A stretch of DNA of 56,659 bases, the filler included, from Barthelona sp. PAP020 (lineage: Eukaryota), in NCBI GenBank assembly GCA_040182905.1. It is 2 parts of 2 records of this genome, joined end to end, with 100 filler letters (N's around TTAATTAATTAA, not from the genome) between each part and the next. Parts side by side here need not be neighbours in the genome. Positions count along the whole stretch, not along the records: positions 28,457 to 56,659 come from JARQWU010000126.1; 1 more part is not named here. The stretch is one strand, 5' to 3'. Positions 30,281 to 43,100 of the stretch are shown piece after piece. Position 1 is the first letter of the stretch, and each line of letters opens with the position of its first letter. The notes under the pieces are model-generated. The model made no database searches, was not told the DNA's origin, and saw only the letters and a list, made by a program, of their open reading frames with translations. A program made the translations under genes and the position numbers.

Positions 30281-31100
30281 ATAATTCTTCCGACATTCTT
30301 TTCATTGTCAAAGTTTTTTTTTAAACCTTCGAAAAAGGGTTCAAAATTTGCTATTCTCTTTCATAAAAACAAAAAATGGAGGACAGAGCTTGATTTTCAT
30401 GTTTATGTTTCAAACTCAAACATTGATAAGAGCAAACCTGAATAATGAAGTGGTAACCATCAAAAAGCCCAACAAAATCTTCACTGTTCCTCAAAAAGCA
30501 AAACAAATTCAAACAATTGTAAGGTAAAAAATCAAGAAAGTGAGGAGTTTTCTTTTGCTTTACATTTTATTTTTTTCCATTTTTTTGGGGTTTTTCAAAT
30601 AATTTTAAAGAGAGAAAATATGGTTTGATAGAAATAAAAAAACAAAAAATAATGAAAGTCTCCAAAACAATTATCCTTGCCAAATTGGAACTGTTCTTTT
30701 TTCCTTACGGTCTGCAACTTTTTCATATTTATGGTTATAATTGATCTTTAGAGATAAAACCAACAAATGCCATGCCTTTTAGATAAAAATTTTGCACTTT
30801 TGAAGAGATAGGGCTATTTGGCCCAATCATCAATTCAACTACATGAAAATGTTCAACATGAGCATTATAAACAGTCTTGGGAATGGTACTCAAGGAAATC
30901 AACTATATTCATGCTTCCTAAGAAAGAAAGAGTTGAATTCAAAATGAAGATAAAAGAAATGAAAAAAGAAGTTTGTTTAAGTATCAATCAAAAGGTTTTT
31001 CGTAAATTGGGTGTAGTTCTGAAAAATTTAACGAAAAAAAAGAAAAATGAAAGGAATTTTATTGAAACTAAAGGAAAAGAGAAAGTTGCGAGTTTTGTTT

Positions 31101-31745
31101 TTAAGGTGTTCTCTTTAAATTAAGACTAAGATAGGTGGAACCGATCATTTTAAAATAAATTGTTTGAGATTCATAATAGCTGATGTTATAGATCATGCTT
31201 TGGCATTCAATATTCGGTGGAGCTTCATATTCCAATTCTGGAGCTTTATCCAATGCCCCTGAAGAGAAATATTCAAAGAGTTTCAAAGTTGCGATTCGAT
31301 TCTGTCGGCGAGATCTTGGACAAATGTAGATGAACCTGCCCAAGTAATTCCACCAATGTGGAAAGGGCAAAGAATACCTATTTTCACCAGTTTTGATGTC
31401 TTTACAGGAAACAGAGATCATTAACCCAAATAATCCAAAATCAAACTGCTTTGCATGTTGTGACAAAACTTCAAAAACCTCTTCACTTTCAGTTGAAGTT
31501 TTAAACATTGTTTGTTTTTGTTTAAGTCGTTCAATTAGATAGTGCGAAAATGATTCTCGTTTTCCTTCCATCCAAGGCCATTTGGAAGTTTTTTTAAATT
31601 TTATTCCCAATAGATATCCTTCTAATTTGAAAGAAATGTTATTGCGAATATTCATTACATAAAATAATATCTTTTTGCCATAAGATTTGTTGTAGAAAGG
31701 TATGCTTTCCACATATCTTGTAACATTTTTTTTGTTCCAATTCAA
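31101..31745 (-). CDS. Hypothetical ORF, possibly a degraded gene
   Basis: 214 open codons, but the start is TTG and the first in-frame ATG is at 31655; no motif recognised. Confidence 0.35.
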   Translation of the reverse strand: MNWNKKNVTRYVESIPFYNKSYGKKILFYVMNIRNNISFKLEGYLLGIKFKKTSKWPWMEGKRESFSHYLIERLKQKQTMFKTSTESEEVFEVLSQHAKQFDFGLFGLMISVSCKDIKTGENRYSLPFPHWWNYLGRFIYICPRSRRQNRIATLKLFEYFSSGALDKAPELEYEAPPNIECQSMIYNISYYESQTIYFKMIGSTYLSLNLKRTP

Positions 31746-32761
31746 ACAATTTAATTTAAAAATAATTGTTTTGTTTACAACCGTTGCATCTTTGTCTTCT
31801 CAAATATTGAAAAAAAAAACGCTTTTCCACGATTCTTTGTGTTCAACATTTTTAGTTCATTTAATCTTCAATAAAAGAAAGGCTATCAATAAACGCGCAG
31901 TTATTTATGATAATGTTTCCAGTTAGAAGATTTTGAAATTGACGTTTGCTGCCGTTTAGTGTCAAAAGATGTTATCCATAGTATTAAACAACAAGTTTAA
32001 TTGTTTATTAGCTTATTTTAGGAAAAATAAAATTGGCAATTAAAGAATTTTTGCAAATTTTCTTTTTTTTTTTGGTTTTGGGATAAGATTTGCATCTTTT
32101 GACAATAAAAGGAAAAAAAAAAAACATAATATTTGAGCAGATAAACTTTACAAAATTATCAACTAATTATTTAAAAGATTGACTTTATTTTTCGCGACAA
32201 AAGCTTTCTTCTCCTTCACAAATTCAAGAATAATAGATTACACTGTAGTTTTGAACCTTTAATAAAATTGTCTCTATAGAAGAAGATTCCTTTAGCAAAT
32301 TGAAACTCAAACAACATTAGAAAAATGTGACCGAGAATAATAGACGCTGAAAATTGCATGAAAAAACAACGTGAAAAGATTTTTGAGGAATAATTTTGTT
32401 TTTAAATGAATGGAACATGTCCCATTCTGATTTTTTCAAAAAATTATTCATTGTCTCTGATTTTGATTTGAATTTGAGAATTTTTTTTGATGAATGAAGA
32501 AAGGAAAATAAAGAAGATTTGCCAACAACAAAATTGAACCAAAAGAAAAATGATATTTTGTTCACAACTAAATTTTCCAAAAGAGACAAAAGTTTTTGCA
32601 AAAATGGTTCAAATTTTCCATGAATTGGGAAAGCAAACAATATTTCAATCATGAAAACTACATTCAACCAATGAATGGCAATACAAAATAAACAATAAAA
32701 TTATACATTTCTTTGCTTGTCTTCATTATTTTTGCAATTTCTGTTGCAAAAAAAAAAGCTC

Positions 32762-33250
32762 TTAAAAGCATTGTTTCCAACATAACTGCATGTTCAAAGA
32801 ACCTTTCTTTATAAATTCAAGACAAAAAAAATAAAGAATGAATATGTCTAATAAACAAAAACATAATGACAAAAAACTGACGTTTAAACTGATATTGCTC
32901 AGATATAAACTGCAAGCGATTCCATATATTACAAAAATATACGTGTACAAAAAATAGCGTTTAAAAATCAAAGGATTTATGGACAACACTTCAACATTGG
33001 ATAAAAAGGGAAAAGTTTTCACAATCTGTTTATCACAAAATGCATAAAATAACATGAACAAACCTTCAAAAAGAAAACTAAAAATCTCAAAGATAGTTCT
33101 CTTTAAAAGCAATTTTGAGATTATCAACAAGAAATGAATCACATATAATACCAAATAAACAATAATTTTCCGAAAATAATCGGATTTCGTCCTCCCATTA
33201 ACGGTCAACATGAAAAAAAGATGTAATTCTGAAAGAACAGTCCTTTTCAT
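32762..33250 (-). CDS. Hypothetical small polytopic membrane protein
   Basis: ATG-started 162-aa ORF with about 4 hydrophobic segments. T-rich DNA can mimic this pattern. Confidence 0.4.
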   Translation of the reverse strand: MKRTVLSELHLFFMLTVNGRTKSDYFRKIIVYLVLYVIHFLLIISKLLLKRTIFEIFSFLFEGLFMLFYAFCDKQIVKTFPFLSNVEVLSINPLIFKRYFLYTYIFVIYGIACSLYLSNISLNVSFLSLCFCLLDIFILYFFCLEFIKKGSLNMQLCWKQCF

Positions 33251-33487
33251 GTCTATTCACTTTAAAATTCGACTTTTATGTCTTTATGAGATTGAATTAA
33301 GTAATTTTATGTCTATTTTAAATTTTCTCCAATAACAATGTTCTCTTGCAACTCAATCATTTTTTGCCTATCATTTAAAATATGGGAATATTATGAAAGA
33401 TTTAGTCATTTTACAAAGTTTCCTCAAAAAATATTTGGAAAAGGCAAAAATAAAGCAAAAAAAAAAAACAATAATATACAACAAAAT

Positions 33488-34021
33488 TTATTCCTTATTA
33501 ACCCTGCGTTTTAATTCTAAAGCAATCCAACGTACGGCGTTGAACTTTTCACTGTCATCCAATGGATTTTTAACAAGTTTTTTTACTTGAGGCAATGATA
33601 ACAAATCTACAAGCACTGAATATAACACAGGATAAACATGGTCTTTCAAATAAATTGTTTTTTCGTCATCATCAGGAAAGACATCCAAAAAAGCAGAATC
33701 TTCAATCGATTTTTGGCCAAAAATTCTAGTACAAAAATCTTCTTGGTATTTATTTGGTACAACCATGAAATCTAAATAATTTGTATGATTTTGGGATAAA
33801 AAAATATTGATATCCTTTTCACTCTTCAATAACAATGCAGTTGGTGGAATTTTTAACCATGGTTCTTGTGATGGCATATCAACATCAATCAAATTTAAAT
33901 CAACTCCATTTAATTCAAAATTACGATATTTCAAAATTTGTACTTCTGATTCTAAGAGAGTTTTAACAACATCAGTTAGACTTTCAATAGTTGTAAAAAC
34001 AATCCAATGAGTACTTTCCAT
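33488..34021 (-). CDS. Hypothetical protein with C-terminal Dpy-30/RIIa-like dimerisation motif (possibly flagellar)
   Basis: 'YLKDHVYPVLYSVLVDLL...KFNAVRWIALELKRR' resembles Dpy-30/IQCK-type docking helices. Confidence 0.5.
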   Translation of the reverse strand: MESTHWIVFTTIESLTDVVKTLLESEVQILKYRNFELNGVDLNLIDVDMPSQEPWLKIPPTALLLKSEKDINIFLSQNHTNYLDFMVVPNKYQEDFCTRIFGQKSIEDSAFLDVFPDDDEKTIYLKDHVYPVLYSVLVDLLSLPQVKKLVKNPLDDSEKFNAVRWIALELKRRVNKE

Positions 34022-34298
34022 TTGTACACAATGTTTTCAAATAAAAAAAAGTTAAAACAAATTTTCATTTCCACATACTTTCAAAACGATTGTAACTCTG
34101 AATTTATCAATCCCATTTGGAAAAAAATCATAAAAGATAAATTTAAAATGGAGAGGCTGCCATTTTTTGATGTAAAGAAATTGTGTTTCCAAAAAGGTTT
34201 AAAATATGCATGTTTCTTGAGACAAACAACTTCTTTATTGCAAAAGAAAAATATTTATGAACTAAATTTACATTAAATTAAGATAAATTGAATGTTTG

Positions 34299-35684
34299 TC
34301 ACAAAAACAGGGGATAATTTGAATGACCATTCAAAACACAATTCTTTAGCACCGTATTGTCTTCAATAATGAGAGGAGTATTTGAAGAAACAAGTACAAC
34401 TGTACCAACAAAAGTAACATTTTTACCAATAGAAACATCACCAGAAATAACAAGGTTATCCAAATTATTCAAATTAAGGTCGTAAGGAATTCGCTTTTCA
34501 AAATCAACAAGAGCTTTAAAATTATGATCCAAAGCAACCATAGGGGGAACATTGTGAAATCTCCAATGTTCTGCTTTTGAATTGTAAGTAACTGAACCAT
34601 TAACAATTTTATATAAAGAAGACCTTACTAATAGCAAATCATTGGTTGTTTTAACTGGAATAAACCTAGTTCTAGGTATTTTCAACAACAACATATCATC
34701 AAAGTATCTCATAGAATCGCCAATAGACTGCTCTAATTGCATAATTCGCTGACCTTTATACATTTTAGGATTATGAACAACGGTTAAGGGAATTTCACCA
34801 TTATATTTAACGCATAACTCTTTTAAAGCTTTAACATTAAACCACATATTATTAGTATTGAAAGAATCGAATTTATTCACAGATTTAAAATCATCCAGAT
34901 TTTCTGGTTTAACTTGAGCAAGTTCCACTATCTTTAATTCATTATTTACATAAGCTAAAGTACCACCTTTGATATCCATATTGGTTTTAACAGCAAATTC
35001 CATAGCAACTGACTTTTGAGTCTCTAACAAGTGCTGAATAATTGCAATATCAACTGTGGCACCAATATTATCAATATTGGAAACAAATATATATTGAATA
35101 TCACGACAAATAAGTTCATCAAGAATACCATTAAAATATAAAGTTCTGTACACATCACCATGACCAGGAGGATACCAGGCCTTCATATTAGATCTGTCGT
35201 TAATTATTGGTTCTAATGTTTCTGCATCCATTCTTGGCAAAAAAGACTGGGAAACAACAATAATCTCAATATCTTTAAATTCCTCTTCATTATCACGCAA
35301 AAAATCTTGTGTTAACTCATGTGTAAATTCGGAATCCATTAAAATCAACAAAAGATTTGTACCAAATAATCTTTGAAACTGTTTGATATGTTGAAGCATT
35401 ATTTCAAGAAAACATTTGCTATCTTGAACAGAAATGAGAGATTTAGGTGCAAAAGTCTCCATCGTTGTTCCTAAACCACCAATTAATTTAACAATCGCAA
35501 TTTTGGATAATGATTCACTTATCATTTCAGGATAGATTTTTAATTCTTCATAATTCGTGTACATATTCGAAGGAAGAGCTCTAACAGTATCCCAATCAAG
35601 CAACGGTTGATTTGGACCATGTGATCTAAGAGTATCAAATGCAACTCGTTCATGTGGCTTCAAATTTAAATTTGAATATATCAT
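34299..35684 (-). CDS. UGP: UTP--glucose-1-phosphate uridylyltransferase (eukaryotic UGPase)
   Basis: 'KLIGGLGTTM..PKS'; 'WYPPGHGD'; 'FVSNIDNIGA'; 'DIKGGTL'; 'FNTNNMW'; 'RFIPVKTTNDLLLVRS'; C-terminal beta-helix. Start moved from TTG 35753 to ATG 35684. Confidence 0.93.
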   Translation of the reverse strand: MIYSNLNLKPHERVAFDTLRSHGPNQPLLDWDTVRALPSNMYTNYEELKIYPEMISESLSKIAIVKLIGGLGTTMETFAPKSLISVQDSKCFLEIMLQHIKQFQRLFGTNLLLILMDSEFTHELTQDFLRDNEEEFKDIEIIVVSQSFLPRMDAETLEPIINDRSNMKAWYPPGHGDVYRTLYFNGILDELICRDIQYIFVSNIDNIGATVDIAIIQHLLETQKSVAMEFAVKTNMDIKGGTLAYVNNELKIVELAQVKPENLDDFKSVNKFDSFNTNNMWFNVKALKELCVKYNGEIPLTVVHNPKMYKGQRIMQLEQSIGDSMRYFDDMLLLKIPRTRFIPVKTTNDLLLVRSSLYKIVNGSVTYNSKAEHWRFHNVPPMVALDHNFKALVDFEKRIPYDLNLNNLDNLVISGDVSIGKNVTFVGTVVLVSSNTPLIIEDNTVLKNCVLNGHSNYPLFL

Positions 35685-36242
35685 TTTTGTACATGAAGAT
35701 AAAGAAAAGGGGATTTTTTTTTTCAAAAAAAGAATCCAATCAAAGATTCTCAAAAGAGATCTTTGAAAAAACAGACAAAAAAAAACGTTAAAATGTGAGC
35801 TTATTCTTTTAAAAGGCGAAAGATTTCTCGTTTTGCTTGAAAAGTTTTGAATTTTTATTTTTTTTTTTTTTTTTAAGGGGAAGGAGCTTCATTGAAAATT
35901 CTGTCGTTTTTTTTTTAATTACAATACAACAAAATAAATAAAAAATTTATTATTTATTGGGTTGAATGAAAGACTTTTTATTTGCCAAATCTTCTCTTCA
36001 ATGATTTATTTTATAGTTTGGTTCAAAAAATTCTCTTTTTTTCGGAATATTTTCTTCCTTTTTGCAAATGGACAAATATTTACGTGTGTTCTTTTCCTAT
36101 TGTAGCTAACTCTACATTATGTGAATACAAATCTTTTTCAGCCAAAAACAAAAACATATAAGGAGATAATTTACAATTTTTACAATTTTCACTCTATTTT
36201 GGTTGTTTTGTTTAACTCAATAAAATTCCGATAAATGAATAT

Positions 36243-36878
36243 CTATTCTTTATCAAAAATCGTTTTCCAAGTATCTTCCCAATTTAGCTTAGCATAATTT
36301 GTTAAAAATGTCAAATTTCGAAGAAATTTCTTATTTTCAACATCCCAAGTCTTTTCATCCAATACAATATCTTTCGTTTCTGCAAATTCAAGACGTAATG
36401 CTTCAGACGATCTTTTCCAGTGTCCTTTTCCAATGTGACAAAGATCAGCGTCACGCATACACTTACCATATATAGTTGTTGGAACAGGATCCGAAACCCT
36501 AGTGGCCATGATACAATGAGAAATAAACAAAATATGATTGTCAGACAATTTGTTTGTTGAAATTTCTTCAAAAAATCGTTTCATTTCATTCACAGATTCT
36601 TCTTCATGATTAGAAGGATCAATACAATAACCTAAATCATGAAAAATTCCTGAAATTGTCAAAAGGGAAACGACATTGGATTGTAAATTTTCTCCAATTG
36701 CAATTTCAACAATTGCAGGAACAAAATCTTTAAAAGTGTGATCATAATTATGATAATGAAAAGATTCAGGAAGATTTCTTAACAAAGGTTGCACAAAATT
36801 TTTGCAATCTTCAATGATTGCATTATAATCATAACTTGAATCATCAATGATCGATTGAATGTCAAAACCTTCAAACAT
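36243..36878 (-). CDS. Stand-alone HD-domain metal-dependent phosphohydrolase, bacterial-like
   Basis: 'YHNYDHT'; 'GIFHDLGY'; 'NHEEES'; 'IMATR'; 'MRDADLCHIG'; 'SEALRLE'; 'FLTNYAK'. Confidence 0.85.
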   Translation of the reverse strand: MFEGFDIQSIIDDSSYDYNAIIEDCKNFVQPLLRNLPESFHYHNYDHTFKDFVPAIVEIAIGENLQSNVVSLLTISGIFHDLGYCIDPSNHEEESVNEMKRFFEEISTNKLSDNHILFISHCIMATRVSDPVPTTIYGKCMRDADLCHIGKGHWKRSSEALRLEFAETKDIVLDEKTWDVENKKFLRNLTFLTNYAKLNWEDTWKTIFDKE

Positions 36879-37131
36879 AAATAAAAAAGGAGAAGAAAAA
36901 AAAAATCAAAGAACAATTTTATCATTTCGTTCCCTGTTGTTTCAAGTTGAAAAACTTCATGATAAAAATAAAAATTGTTTTTTGCAAATAATTCTATCAA
37001 AATGGAAAATTTGAAGTTGAGAAAGCATCAAATGAAACAATCTTTACTTTGATTGTCGATCAAACTTTTCTTTCAATAAACAAAAACGTTTTACAATAAT
37101 ATTAAAAATTTACAAAACGAATCATTAAAAT

Positions 37132-40100
37132 TTAAGTGTATTTAATGACAATTGAATTTTCAAATCCAGTTTGAGATTCAATATTGAACCCACATAATCT
37201 TAATTGCAAAAATGGGACAGTTGTAACACAAGGTACTGAAGGGAAAGTATTTAAAACATCAGAAACACAAACTCTTATTTGGAAATCCAAAGTAGTTGAG
37301 TCAAAATAATTGTAGGACAGAAAACCCATCTCATTTTCAAAAGGAGAATTCAATAAAACTGTTTGCAATAATATCATACCTTCAATGCAAGTTAATAAAG
37401 ATGTGTTTTTAGGAGGGGTAAAACCTTCAGGAACCAAAATCAGATGAACATCTTTAATATTATGAACTCTCAAACTGTTCATAGCTGAAGCTTGGAAAGT
37501 AAAAAGGAAAGAACCCAAGGTATCACCAAAAACTTTTGAATGTACTGATAAATTTTTCAAATGCTTAAGAAGAGCTAAATGTCTATTTTCATCCTTCAAA
37601 GCAACGAATAATTTGTTGAAGAAATCAGTTTTCATTTCAAGAACATCTGGTACTGTTCCAAAATTATCATAGTTTATCATAACGGATGTAATACTTTCAT
37701 CATATATGTTTGGTGCCATATTGTTCCAACATTGACCATCAATCATTCTAGTCCAATAGAATGGAGAAATGTTAGCAAATAACAAAAGATTTAAAAAGAA
37801 TGCCGGGATATAATAAGGAGAAATGACCGCATTCAAAGAATTTTCCAATTTTCTTAAATCATGGAATACCATTCTTCTAACATTGTCACTCTTAATAATT
37901 TCAGATTTAAGATATGCAGACATCAGACTTTTATCATGGTCTAAAGCACAACTTTGATATTTTATTGGCTGATGAACTTTCTCATCAAAACGTTGAACGA
38001 CTTGAGTCATCTTTAATTTGATTAATTCTGCCATGTCATTTTGGTCGAATTGAGTAAACAACCTGAAAAGAGAGAAGAACATGTTATTATATTGTTTAGT
38101 CTGAGTAGAAGTGATGTTTGTTTTCACAAAGGTTGTTTTGATGTAATCTATTGTGTAATCAAATTGTTGGTCATATTTTTGCAACCAAGGTCTCAAATCC
38201 TTAATAACTAAAGAATCTTCAGGTACAGGCAATAAATTGGGAGAATTGAACAGATATTCTTTGGCATCTAGAATTAGGGAAGAAAAAATTCTCAAAAATT
38301 GGTTCAATTGTTTGGAAACAGTGAAATTTTGATAAACTAAATCAACGATCAAATCACCAAACTTGTCCAAATTTTCTGTTGACCAACAGTCTACCATAAC
38401 TGCAGACATATGATCAATAATAACTGGATTAACTACTTGATAAGTCTCATAAGCATTAACAACCTTACAAATACTGTAGAAAAACACAGCTAAAATAACT
38501 GGTTTTGCTGGTGTTACCATAGGAATATTTCGAACAGCAACAGCCAAAGCATTATAAAACAACGATTTGAAAGAAATCTCAAAAGCATAATTGTAACATG
38601 GCAAGGCAAATTGTAAAACATTCAATTCAGCTATGGCATGTTTGAATAACACAGAAGGAATACTCTCAACATTGTTACTTGATGAAAGTAAAATGACTTT
38701 TTGGAATGAAGATTTCTTGTCCATCACAAACAAAGCAAATTTGATGTGAGATTCAACATTTGGGACAACCAATGTATGAGCATCTTTTGGCAGTTTCCAA
38801 TCAAGAATTGGTATAGTTGGATCTAAATATACCGCATTTTCACTGATAGAATCTTTAAAGTGGAAAGGAACAGCAATGCATGTAACTCCACTAATTCTAA
38901 AGATAAACTCTTCTTTTTCAAAAACGCCATCAATTCTAATTGGATAGAAGAAGTGATGAGAATCTGAAGAAGAAGTCAAAACTTTCCATTGCAAAGTATC
39001 TGAAATATAACATTCAAATGCGTTACTAAAAGAACTGGGATTGATACAACAATAAATCAATAATTGTTCAAAAGAATTCATTTGACTGATACCTGGTAAA
39101 GGTTTCATATATCCTTCTGGATCGTTTAACCATTCATTCAATAACACTGGAGATTCACGAAGAATAACATTTATTTCACCAACTGCTTCAGAGGACAAAT
39201 ACGGCAAGAGGTCTTCCAAACTAACAATTTTATCTTTTAGTAATTCATCAACGCAACTAAGTTCTTTAATTCCAAAGATATCAAGGAATGCAGCTAATAA
39301 CATAGCAAATGAATGCCTTCTTCGATAATCACCCAATTTTGGCAATTGTATCGTTAAGAAATCGTTGATAAACTTCAAACCTAACTCATGCTTAGCTTGT
39401 TGACTAACATCCAAAGCTTGTAATTCTTCAATCACAGGCCCTTGTAATTTATTTGTAAGCCTAATAAATGCATTTCGAACAGACAATAAATCAGGTGCAA
39501 GATAAAATAACTCGTACATTCTACCATAGAAAACAAGTGTCGAAGTAATAACACCGCATAACTCAACTAAAGGTGTGCTCATACTTATCAATTTCTTTAA
39601 CACCTTTAAACTTTGACGACATTGAACCAACAGTTCATTATTCTCATCAATCAGATCGCGCAAACTCAATAACGTCTTTGGGATATCATCTGGAATATCA
39701 TCAATCTTTAGAGGAATTTTACTCACAGTTTTTAATACTTTTTGTTCATAATCAGTAGACATTTCCAGTAAATATGCCTCTGCTTGACACAATTGAATGT
39801 AATATTCAATCATCTTGGGTTGATCATTTTTATAAGTTTCAAACATGATCAAATTAGTGATACTCTCTTGTCTCAAAGACAAATCAATAAAAGGAAGATC
39901 ATACAATACATCGTCATAGATCAATTCTTTATCATAAATAGAAGCATGACATTCAACATAAAATCGAAATTCTTCATGAATTTTGTGAGATAATTCGTTT
40001 GTCGAATAAAAAGCCTTAATTAGTTGGAAAATAGCAGGAACATGGTCTTTATCGTCATTATTTATGTCTTTTACAACAACAACACATGGTTTTTTACATA

Positions 40101-43100
40101 ATTCAAAAATTTTCTTTGCTATCTTTGGATCAGAGTAAGAATAAACATGAATAGGCAATCCAAACATTTTAACCAAATCTTGAAGAATATTCAGAGGGTC
40201 ATAATACAACATGCTCTTGTAATGTGTTAAAGAAATAGGAATAAATTTGTCAAATCCAGTTAAAGATGCTTCAACCAATGAAATATTACGATATTTATAA
40301 GGTAACTTTGCTAAAGAACCATAAGAAGCTTCTAAATAACTCAATTGGGTTTCACCAACACTACTTTCCACAATTGATTGCTCTTCTAAAAATTGACCAC
40401 TGGCATTTGCCCTGTCTTGACCCAATCCTGTAGTTCCTGAATCTTTTTTTGAAGAATATGCTGGATCAGAGTTATCAGAATCATAAATGAGGTTATCAGA
40501 TTCTTCATCAGAGTCGATAAAATTAAAACCATCATCATCTTCATGAAGTGAATCATTATCTGAATCTGCTTCACTTTGTTGAAAATTTAACATATCTTCA
40601 GTAGCTTTCGTGCTTTCACCATCACTTTCACTTTCATCTTCATTTGAATCAGTTTTACTTTCTGTACCAGAAAAAGTCCCATCTGAATCAATATCAGAAA
40701 ACATTTCTTCAGAAACCTCATTAATATCATGCTCATCCGAAACAATGTCAAAAATGTCTTGCTCTAAAACAGAACTTGTTTGACCATGAGACATTGATTT
40801 TGTCCTGGAAATAGATTTTCTCTCAAAATCATCCCTGAAATGAAAAGCCAACTCTTCCATAGAAGGTAAAACTCCTTCTTTTATTTGGAACTTAGTGTTA
40901 TCAATGCTATTAAATCGTTTAGTCAGTGGGATAACCAATTTTTCAGGATGTGTCAAATAATATTCAGGTAACAATCTTCTTTTTACCAGATCTTTCAAAA
41001 CAAACATCAGACATTGTTCTTCCGAAAATACTGGACTGACTTGCAATTGCATATTAATAATAAAAGACAATAATGAAGCAGAAGTAATTGGAGATAAAAC
41101 AAAGTCCGATTTCTTCATATCTTCAACATTTGCACTCATTTCTTTAATTTTGCTTTGATTCAAGAAATGATGTTCAGTATCATTACTACTGGAACCACCT
41201 TGAAATAATGCCAATTGTTCATGCCATGCTCCACTAAATTTGGACAACACAACTGAAATGTCCTCTAATTTATTCATTTTCTCCTGTTCATCATTTGTAT
41301 TATCTTCAGAAGTAAATTTAGTGATTGAAAAACCATACAATTGCTGTCTTAAAACCTCAATTTTCTTTCCACCATCCTTTAACCTTTGTTCAGCTTGTAA
41401 TACTCTAGCTTTGGTAACATCAACTTGAGATTTAATTGTAGATTCATGATTCTGCAAGTCTTTTAAAGGTCTTGAATGTTTCCATTCTTCAATGATCAAA
41501 GTCATCCAATTAGCCATTAATTCTAAAACTTTATTATTTAATGATACTTGGGAAATTTCAACTAATCTGGCTCTAACCACATTAATACAATCTTCTGTCA
41601 ACAGATTATAAGATACTTGTTGTGCTTGACCACTTAATAAAGATAAATTTGTAACACTTGACTTGAATCTACGTAATAAAGCAGTACTATCACTTGTCTT
41701 GGCATTATTACTGGTTAAACAATACCAAGCTTCTAATACCCAAGTTAATGGAGGAATTGGTCGATTCCAACTCCTTAATTCAATTAAAGCTTCTTCTGAT
41801 GGTGAATATGCTAAATTAAAAATGTTTTGCAACAACTCCTTTTCACGTTTCATTATACTGTTTAGTGTGTCTTGAACTGCATTCAATTCTTGAACTGCAT
41901 TATCATGTTCTTCTTTATACTTGTTAAATTCTATACTGTAATCTTTTAATTGATCTGACAATTCCATGTACTTATGTTGTTCAATACCTAATTGACTGAT
42001 AGCATCCTTACTATTATCAATAGCTTGATTGTAAGCTTGTTCAGAATGAGAGACAGATGATCGCAAAGAAACTATCTCCTTATCTACGTGAAAGATAAAT
42101 TTGATACATTTTTCAATGTGCTTGACATGTTGAAATTCAACAACTGTCCCATTAACCAAGAAACGATAGAAATCTTCAATATAATGCTGACCTCTTCGTT
42201 CATTGAAAATAAACTTTCCATGAACATTTTCAGTGATATTAAAGAAAGCTTCACCAAAACCATCAATAGATTTTGAATGACAATCAATAATTGTATACAA
42301 ATACTTAGTTGTTTGATACCAAGATAAACCGAGATGAAAACAAATCAAATCTCTTTCTAAAGGAGACAATAACGATTCTAAAATATTCAAATTAACACTT
42401 TTCAATATTTTTGCTGGAATTTCATTATTTTCAATCATATGTTTTAATTTATGATGATATGCCAACATAATATCTGAAACAAAATAAATGGCATTCTTCT
42501 CATTATCTGCTGATTTTCTTACACGTAAACTCTTGGCTAAAATAGAAGCAACACTAACAAATTTCAATGGATCACTAATAATATCACCTCCAGCAAAAAT
42601 GACAATTTTAATTCTTTGTTTTACCATTTTTGAAAAGAATTCTGGCCCTTTTACTGTACTTTCAGAAGTATTCTTTATAATCTCTTCAGTAAAGGTCATT
42701 CCACTGTTTTTAAATTGTTCATGTAAGGCAATAGCTCCAAAAGAATTCTTGTAAGTGGTATTAACAACTTGAAAAAGTCTACCAATGTTTTCAGGTGTTA
42801 ATTCAATATACTCTTTAAAAACATCCTTGGAAATTTCAATGACCAAATATCGATCAAAGCTAGTGAAATGATTAAGATTTGCCATAAAACTGGAGCCTGC
42901 AGCAACACGCTTAATCTTAAAGGATTTATGAGTTGTCTCAAAGAATTTCATGATGATTTCATATTCAGCTTTGGTCGTTCTTTCACTGATTGTTTCAAAC
43001 ATAAATACTGATGTATCAATCAAAAAGAACATACCAAACACTAGTATTTGAAATAAGAAGGTTTGACTCAAATAAAAATTGCTTTGAATCAAATCATACA

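Noticed and set aside
30818..31123. 101-aa Lys-rich ORF
   Set aside because: TTG start, A-rich low complexity, overlaps the convergent ORF, no motif.
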